Source: an uncultured virus (IMG/VR IMGVR_UViG_3300028027_000046) (taxonomy: Duplodnaviria > Heunggongvirae > Uroviricota > Caudoviricetes). From it: DNA of 64,000 nt. Shown piece by piece: positions 58,204-64,000 of this stretch (position 1 is its first letter; each line of letters starts with the position of its first letter). The notes beneath the pieces were generated by a model. It saw only the letters and a program-made list of their open reading frames with translations, searched no databases and was not told where the DNA came from. The stretch lies in the IMG/VR virus record IMGVR_UViG_3300028027_000046, one strand, 5' to 3'. A program made the translations under genes and the position numbers.

Positions 58204-59907
58204 ATGAAAAAAACAGGCATATATAAAATCACATCACCATCCAACAAAATATATATTGGTCAATCACTGGATATAGACAAACGTTGGTACCATTACCAAA
58301 ATTTACGTTGCAAAGGTCAACCACAACTGTACAATTCACTCATTCACCACGGTATAAACAACCATATATTTGAGATACTTGAGGAATGCAACCCAGACAT
58401 ACTGGATGAACGTGAAACACACCACAAACAAATCCACGTAGACATATATGGGTGGGATTTATCCATGTTTACCATGTTAAACGATGGTAAAGGTGGTAAC
58501 AAATCATCTACCACTAAACAGAAAATGTCCATTTCATCCATCAAAAACACACGTGCCGTAAATGTATACAAACTGGATGGTACATTCATAGCTAAATTTG
58601 ATTCACCATCACAAGCCAAAACCATATTATTCCCGGACATCAAAGACACCACAGGTGGTATTATCCAGTCATGCAACCAATCCAAACAAAAAACATTCCG
58701 CGGCTGTATATTCCAGTGGTCGGATGACGACAACATACAACAAATACTAACTGGGTTGCAAAACAATGTAAAAATCAAACAACAAACTGTATTGCAATAC
58801 GATTTGGAAGGTACATTCATTCGTGAATACCCAAATAGTTACTATGTCGAAAAAGAATACGCTAAACAAGGTATACGCATCAACTCCACCGACATTCGAG
58901 CATGTTGTAATGGCAAACAGAAAACATGTGGTGGATATAAGTGGACATACGGTACATCACTAATAGAGAACACCATCAAAGAATACGATTTAAACCACAT
59001 TGAAACACAAAAACACATACACAACCAATACAAACACGAATTAACCAAACACAAACCAAACATATTTAAATTAACAGCATATATATCCAGTCTATACACC
59101 GGAAATATATTACATAATTACCATAGCGAAATAGACATATACATGCCTGATTTGGGGTTGGGTATCAACGTAGTTGATTTAAAGGACAGCACGTTATATG
59201 AAAAAAACTATACCCGCAATTTATCCACCAAATATAACCAGTTAAACATTAAACTCATACAAATATTCTCGGACGAATTACTAAACAAAAAAGACATTGT
59301 GTATTCACGAATACAAAACGAACTAAAAGCAAATCCCACCACTATATTTGCTCGTAAATGTGAAATACGTGAGGTAGCACCCAACATTAAAAACACATTC
59401 CTCGACCAAAACCACATTCAGGGGCGTGACCAAGCATTCTACAAATACGGGCTATACTACCAGAACGAACTGGTATCCATAATGACATTCAGAAAACCAC
59501 GCACCGCAATAGGTAAAACAAACGTAAACAATGGCGACACCTGGGAACTTATTCGATTTTGCAACAAAAAATACACCAATGTAGTTGGTGCTGCCTCACG
59601 TTTACTTAAACATTTCATCCGTGAAGTAAACCCACAACATATATATTCATTTGCAGACAACAGATGGTCATCACCTGTAAATAATTTATATTTAACTTGT
59701 GGATTCACACATGTATCAACATCCCAGCATGGGTATTGGTATACTAAAGACTATATGAGCAGGGAACACCGATTCAATTACAATAAAGGTGCACTTAAGA
59801 AAATGGGTATGGACACTGACAGCCATACCGAAGTAGAATTAATGCGAAATATGGGTTACCACCGTGTATGGGATTGTGGTGTAACTAGATTTGAAATGGT
59901 ACTTTAA
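58204..59907 (+). mobile_element. chimeric homing endonuclease: GIY-YIG, 2 NUMOD1, Hef/Vsr-like and GNAT-like domains
   Basis: GIYKIT...IYIGQS; YKLDG.FI/QYDLEG.FI repeats; EIDIY..; FARKCEI...NHIQG...ELIRFC...VVGAASRL...ADNRWS...WDCG. Confidence 0.8.
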
Positions 59908-59956
59908 ATTTGGCTATCCACCAACCATTTAGTATATTTATACTAAAACAAGTTAT

Positions 59957-60652
59957 ATGACTGACTATAACCGTACTCCGGAAGCACAAGATGTATTCAA
60001 GGAAAAACGCAAACCTAAGGGACCCATTAAATTCAAAATGTCCCTTAATGAAGAACAAAAAGAAGCAAAAGACATCATCCTAAACACACCCGTAACATTA
60101 ATCAAGGGTATGGCTGGTAGTGGTAAAACATTATTAGCATGTCAGATAGCACTGGATTTGGTATTCCGTAAGGAAATGGAAAAACTAATCATCACCCGAC
60201 CTACCGTAGCAAAAGAGGACATTGGTTTCCTTCCTGGCGACTTGAAGGAAAAAATGGACCCGTGGTTAGCACCCATATACGCCAATCTATACATGTTGTA
60301 CGATAAGGAAAAAATCGACAAGTTAATTGCAGACGGCGTAATTGAAGTAGTACCATTTGCATTCATGCGAGGCCGCACATTCCCCAATTCATTCGTAATT
60401 GTAGACGAATGCCAGAACATCACCCACCCACAAACCGAAATGATTTTGGGCCGTTTGGGTAAAGGTGGAAAAATGGTATTTTGTGGCGATATATCCCAGG
60501 TAGATTTACGTTCCAAAAAAGAATCCGGTATATCATTCTTCAACCGCTTGGAAGAACGCACACCCACAGTTAAAGTGGTTACCCTTAAGAAAAACCACCG
60601 CCATGAGGCCGTAGAGGACATACTTAAAATATACGAAGAATTTCGTGATTAA
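59957..60652 (+). CDS. phoH: PhoH-family ATPase
   Basis: GMAGSGKT, IGFLPG, MRGRTF, IVDECQN, RLG, GD..QVD. Confidence 0.95.
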   Translation: MTDYNRTPEAQDVFKEKRKPKGPIKFKMSLNEEQKEAKDIILNTPVTLIKGMAGSGKTLLACQIALDLVFRKEMEKLIITRPTVAKEDIGFLPGDLKEKMDPWLAPIYANLYMLYDKEKIDKLIADGVIEVVPFAFMRGRTFPNSFVIVDECQNITHPQTEMILGRLGKGGKMVFCGDISQVDLRSKKESGISFFNRLEERTPTVKVVTLKKNHRHEAVEDILKIYEEFRD

Positions 60653-60686
60653 CCTGTTTACCCATATTTATACATAAACAAAATAC

Positions 60687-61937
60687 ATGCCCAATTTAAC
60701 ATTACGCTCAACCAAAGGAGCACCATTAACTCATGATGAACTAGACGGCAACTTTGAGTACTTTACGGGCTCAATTAACGCAATAAACGCGTCAACCGGT
60801 TCATTCCTAACTAGTGCTGCTACATCATCAATGAACATCTCAGATACATTGTATACTGTTAATACTGCACTAAGCGCTAGTGGGTCAACACAATCCACAA
60901 CTTCAGTGTGTTCGTATGGTGTAAACGTATTCGAATATGTTACATTAAGTAATATTGCTGCTAAATTACCTCAACCAGTAACTGGTAAAAGTGTAAAAAT
61001 AATTAACCTTGGAAATACATTATTAAAAGTGTATCCATCAAACGTGGGTGGTCAAATCAACAATTTACCAATCAACGAACCAGCAATCATCCCACCAGAT
61101 GGAAATTTATACGAATTCATTTGTATCAAAAATCCATTACCAGGAGCGTGGACATTCTCAACCCCAGCTACTGGGCAATACGATAGTGGTGAGATTAGTA
61201 TATCTATTGATTCATCAAACCCTAATTCAGTAGTAACTGCTATAAACTCTGAAAAATACGGTTATATCAGTGGAGGTGCTGGTGGTACAATGAACAATAA
61301 TTCAAAAAACAAACCACCCCAATGGTTACCTTCCGGCTTTGTCCTAGGTGAATATAATCCTGGTTTACTAGGCCTTTATTTCAGACCAGATACTCCATGG
61401 AATGGTATTAGTAAGGTCAAGGTATATACTAACCTTATACAAGCATACGATGAATATGGTGATGAAATATCTATGGGAGGTGATACTAGAATTCTAGCCG
61501 CTGGTAGATATGAGTATTATAGTCTAACAAACCCTACACAATTAGTGGGAAATAATGGAGGAGCAATATCCACCCAAATTATCGAATTATCCACAAACAA
61601 AACCATTGGTGGAACCCCAACAACAGGTAGTACAGAATATACATCAACAAATATAGGTGACCCAGGTACATTGTGGGGTGAATTCATAAAAGCAGAAACC
61701 ACATCATCATATTATGTAGGAGTTGATGCTGGTAGTATAGGTAATGAATACGAGGGCACATTTATAGGTAATAAATCACTAGGTACTGTGCCTTACCCAT
61801 TCACATCCCCAGTATCCCAAGGAACCCCAGTAGAATATTATTATTCATCGTATATTTCATTCCAGATGGATGTATTACCGTATGATAATGTAGGTACCAT
61901 AGATCTCAAATTCAGATTCGTAATCGAATATTATTAA
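60687..61937 (+). CDS. fibre/decoration-type virion protein
   Basis: LTLRSTKGAPLTHDELDGNF N-terminal anchor; S/G/T-rich. Confidence 0.65.
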   Translation: MPNLTLRSTKGAPLTHDELDGNFEYFTGSINAINASTGSFLTSAATSSMNISDTLYTVNTALSASGSTQSTTSVCSYGVNVFEYVTLSNIAAKLPQPVTGKSVKIINLGNTLLKVYPSNVGGQINNLPINEPAIIPPDGNLYEFICIKNPLPGAWTFSTPATGQYDSGEISISIDSSNPNSVVTAINSEKYGYISGGAGGTMNNNSKNKPPQWLPSGFVLGEYNPGLLGLYFRPDTPWNGISKVKVYTNLIQAYDEYGDEISMGGDTRILAAGRYEYYSLTNPTQLVGNNGGAISTQIIELSTNKTIGGTPTTGSTEYTSTNIGDPGTLWGEFIKAETTSSYYVGVDAGSIGNEYEGTFIGNKSLGTVPYPFTSPVSQGTPVEYYYSSYISFQMDVLPYDNVGTIDLKFRFVIEYY

Positions 61938-61943
61938 TAAAAT

Positions 61944-61969
61944 ATGGGCTCTTAACTGAGTCCATTTTT
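61944..61969 (+). terminator. intrinsic terminator
   Basis: ATGGGCTC-TTAACT-GAGTCCAT-TTTT. Confidence 0.65.
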
Positions 61970-61995
61970 GTCAATATTTATACACAAACAATAAA

Positions 61996-62442
61996 ATGGC
62001 ATCTACCTTAACACCCACTACATTCAAAATACACATCATTGAGGAGCAAATAGTAAGAAACAGCGTAAACAAAAACGAAATCACTTACACTATCCCAAAC
62101 GTAAGCAACGTTGACCACAGGATACTTACTTGCCCCGCTACAACTTCGGTTGATTTATTCAATTTAAATGGTGTGAATCCGGGAGCGGGTGTATTCCCAT
62201 CTAGTAGTTTAAAATACGCGCGTATATCTAATTTAGACGACGCAACATCTATCGCTATTACCGTTAGTGGATCAAAAGGTGGATATACACAAGAATTACT
62301 ACCTACCTCATCCATATTTATTGTTTCACCTAACATTACCTCAAGCATATTCTCGGGTTCATTCGGCGATACAATTCAATCCGTTTCGGCATATGCAATA
62401 ACAGGTAGAGCAGACATAGAGTATACACTAATTAACGCATAA
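61996..62442 (+). CDS. virion structural protein
   Basis: KYARISNLDD; late motif. Confidence 0.65.
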   Translation: MASTLTPTTFKIHIIEEQIVRNSVNKNEITYTIPNVSNVDHRILTCPATTSVDLFNLNGVNPGAGVFPSSSLKYARISNLDDATSIAITVSGSKGGYTQELLPTSSIFIVSPNITSSIFSGSFGDTIQSVSAYAITGRADIEYTLINA

Positions 62443-62446
62443 CGTC

Positions 62447-63598
62447 ATGAACATACCTATTTACGCGGGTTCATCATCATTCCAGCCAGGTAAAACACCA
62501 TTTGGCTTCTACGATGCTGACTTTCAATTTCAAACCGATTCAGACAAATTCACTACATTTGCTTCACGCAGATTGGGTTACCCAATCATGGAGGTAGAGT
62601 TGCAAGACTTAAACTTCTATGCTGCATTTGAGGAAGCAATCACCACATACGGAAACGAGTTATACGCATATCAAGTTGCTGAAAATTTGTTGTCATTTCA
62701 AGGCGCACCTACAACTATAAACCCAGGAAACAATGAATTGGTACAGGATAATTTGGCTGCTATGGTTCGCTTATCGAATCAGTACGGAACAGAGGCAGGC
62801 GTTGGTGGAACTATTGAATATCATACGGGTTCGATTGTACTTAATGGGGGTCAACAGACGTACGACTTAAACGAGTGGGCAGCTCAAAACGGTATTAGTA
62901 GCGCAATTGAAGTAAAACGTGTATTTTACGAAGCATCTCCGGCCATCACACGTTACTTTGACCCGTACGCAGGTACTGGTACTGGTATGATGCAAATGAT
63001 GGACAGTTTCGGTTGGGGTGGATATTCACCAGCAATTAACTTTTTGCTAATGCCTATGAATTACGATATTCAGAAAATACAGGCAATTGAGTTAAACGAC
63101 CAAATTCGTAAATCGCAATACACATTTGAATTGGTGAACAACAAATTGAAATTGTTCCCTATACCTAAAACATCATCCATCCAGATACTATACTTCCACT
63201 ACATACTAACTGACGACCGTAATCAACCATATGTTGATCGCAATGGTGCTAGTATAATTACTAACGTATCTAATGTACCATACAATAACCCAAACTATAC
63301 ACAAATCAATTCAATTGGTAGACAGTGGATATTTGAGTACGCATTAGCTATAGTTAAGGAAATACTTGGATACGTTAGAGGTAAATACTCAACCACACCA
63401 ATACCTGGATCCGAAGTAACATTAAACCAGGGCGATTTAATTACTGCAGCAACTGCAGAAAAAAACGCGTTAATTGAACGTTTGAGAGTATATTTAGACT
63501 CAACATCACGTACCAGTTTAATGGAGAAAAAAGCAAACGAAGCGAAATACCAAAACGACACAATAGCACAAGTACCAATGAACATATTTATTGGGTAA
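62447..63598 (+). CDS. neck protein (gp13-like)
   Basis: RRLGYPIMEVEL, WIFEYALA..KE.LG..RGKY, TLN. Confidence 0.85.
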   Translation: MNIPIYAGSSSFQPGKTPFGFYDADFQFQTDSDKFTTFASRRLGYPIMEVELQDLNFYAAFEEAITTYGNELYAYQVAENLLSFQGAPTTINPGNNELVQDNLAAMVRLSNQYGTEAGVGGTIEYHTGSIVLNGGQQTYDLNEWAAQNGISSAIEVKRVFYEASPAITRYFDPYAGTGTGMMQMMDSFGWGGYSPAINFLLMPMNYDIQKIQAIELNDQIRKSQYTFELVNNKLKLFPIPKTSSIQILYFHYILTDDRNQPYVDRNGASIITNVSNVPYNNPNYTQINSIGRQWIFEYALAIVKEILGYVRGKYSTTPIPGSEVTLNQGDLITAATAEKNALIERLRVYLDSTSRTSLMEKKANEAKYQNDTIAQVPMNIFIG

Positions 63599-63609
63599 TA
63601 TATTAAACA

Positions 63610-64000
63610 ATGGCAATTTTTGGCTCACAGAGAGACATATCATTCTTCAGACACATCAACCGCGAATTACTTTGGGATGTGGTTACACAACAATGTGCTG
63701 TGTATAAACTTAAACTAGACCAAACCAAAGTAAACATATATGGCGAGGCATCTGGAGACAAGTTTTATTTCGACCCGGTACTAATTAACGCGTTAATTCA
63801 ACGTGGTGAAAAAACACAATCCTCCGGCGATATAGGGGTAGATATGTCACGTGAGATGGAATTCCGTTTCTTCCGCGACGATTTAGTAGATGCTAAACTT
63901 GTACCTGAAGTTGGCGATATCATTCTATACCAAGAAAGTTACTTTGAAGTAGACAATGTAAACGACAATCAACTATTCGTAGGTAAAGACCCAGACTACC
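63610..64000 (+). CDS. neck/head-closure protein (gp14-like), truncated by window end
   Basis: MAIFGSQRD...NIYGEA...PEVGDII...YFEV; follows gp13-like gene. Confidence 0.75.
   Translation, partial: MAIFGSQRDISFFRHINRELLWDVVTQQCAVYKLKLDQTKVNIYGEASGDKFYFDPVLINALIQRGEKTQSSGDIGVDMSREMEFRFFRDDLVDAKLVPEVGDIILYQESYFEVDNVNDNQLFVGKDPDY

Larger units (their letters stand above)
13949..61982 (+). promoter_or_regulatory. late-type promoter motif ATA(T/C)(T/G)TATA upstream of mostly structural genes
   Basis: copies at 13949, 14187, 15424, 17857, 20546, 23151, 32341, 34524, 37638, 46336, 51568, 55207, 58173, 59934, 60664, 61974, near starts of + strand ORFs. Confidence 0.75.

Overview
A 64 kb segment of a large AT-rich tailed phage with T4-like head genes and a contractile-type baseplate. 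The host is most likely Bacteroidota (Flavobacterium-like), judged from TTG-N19/20-TATATT promoters and A-rich leaders without Shine-Dalgarno sequences. Essentially all genes are on the + strand in the standard code. Layout: (i) 1-13.3 kb, an early region of small unknown ORFs with 30 copies of a fixed-geometry promoter GGAC-N19-TTCGTATATT, two tRNA-shaped RNAs with non-canonical anticodon arms and an HNH endonuclease; (ii) 13.3-14 kb, a non-coding boundary with two antisense promoters and a G/C-skew switch; (iii) 14.3-32.3 kb, HD hydrolase, gp55-like sigma factor and baseplate/tail genes; (iv) primase and exonuclease, then 34.5-47.3 kb of proteins with apparent prohead-protease-cleaved capsid-targeting leaders fused to enzymes; (v) terminase, portal, protease, scaffold, major capsid protein, a chimeric homing endonuclease, PhoH and neck genes. 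The best candidates for new biology are the modular capsid-cargo system (including a scaffold-tail mimic), the tRNA mimics, a hairpin shared by a tiny late transcript and the capsid-operon leader, and a three-class promoter system. All protein calls come from motif recognition by eye; no searches were run.
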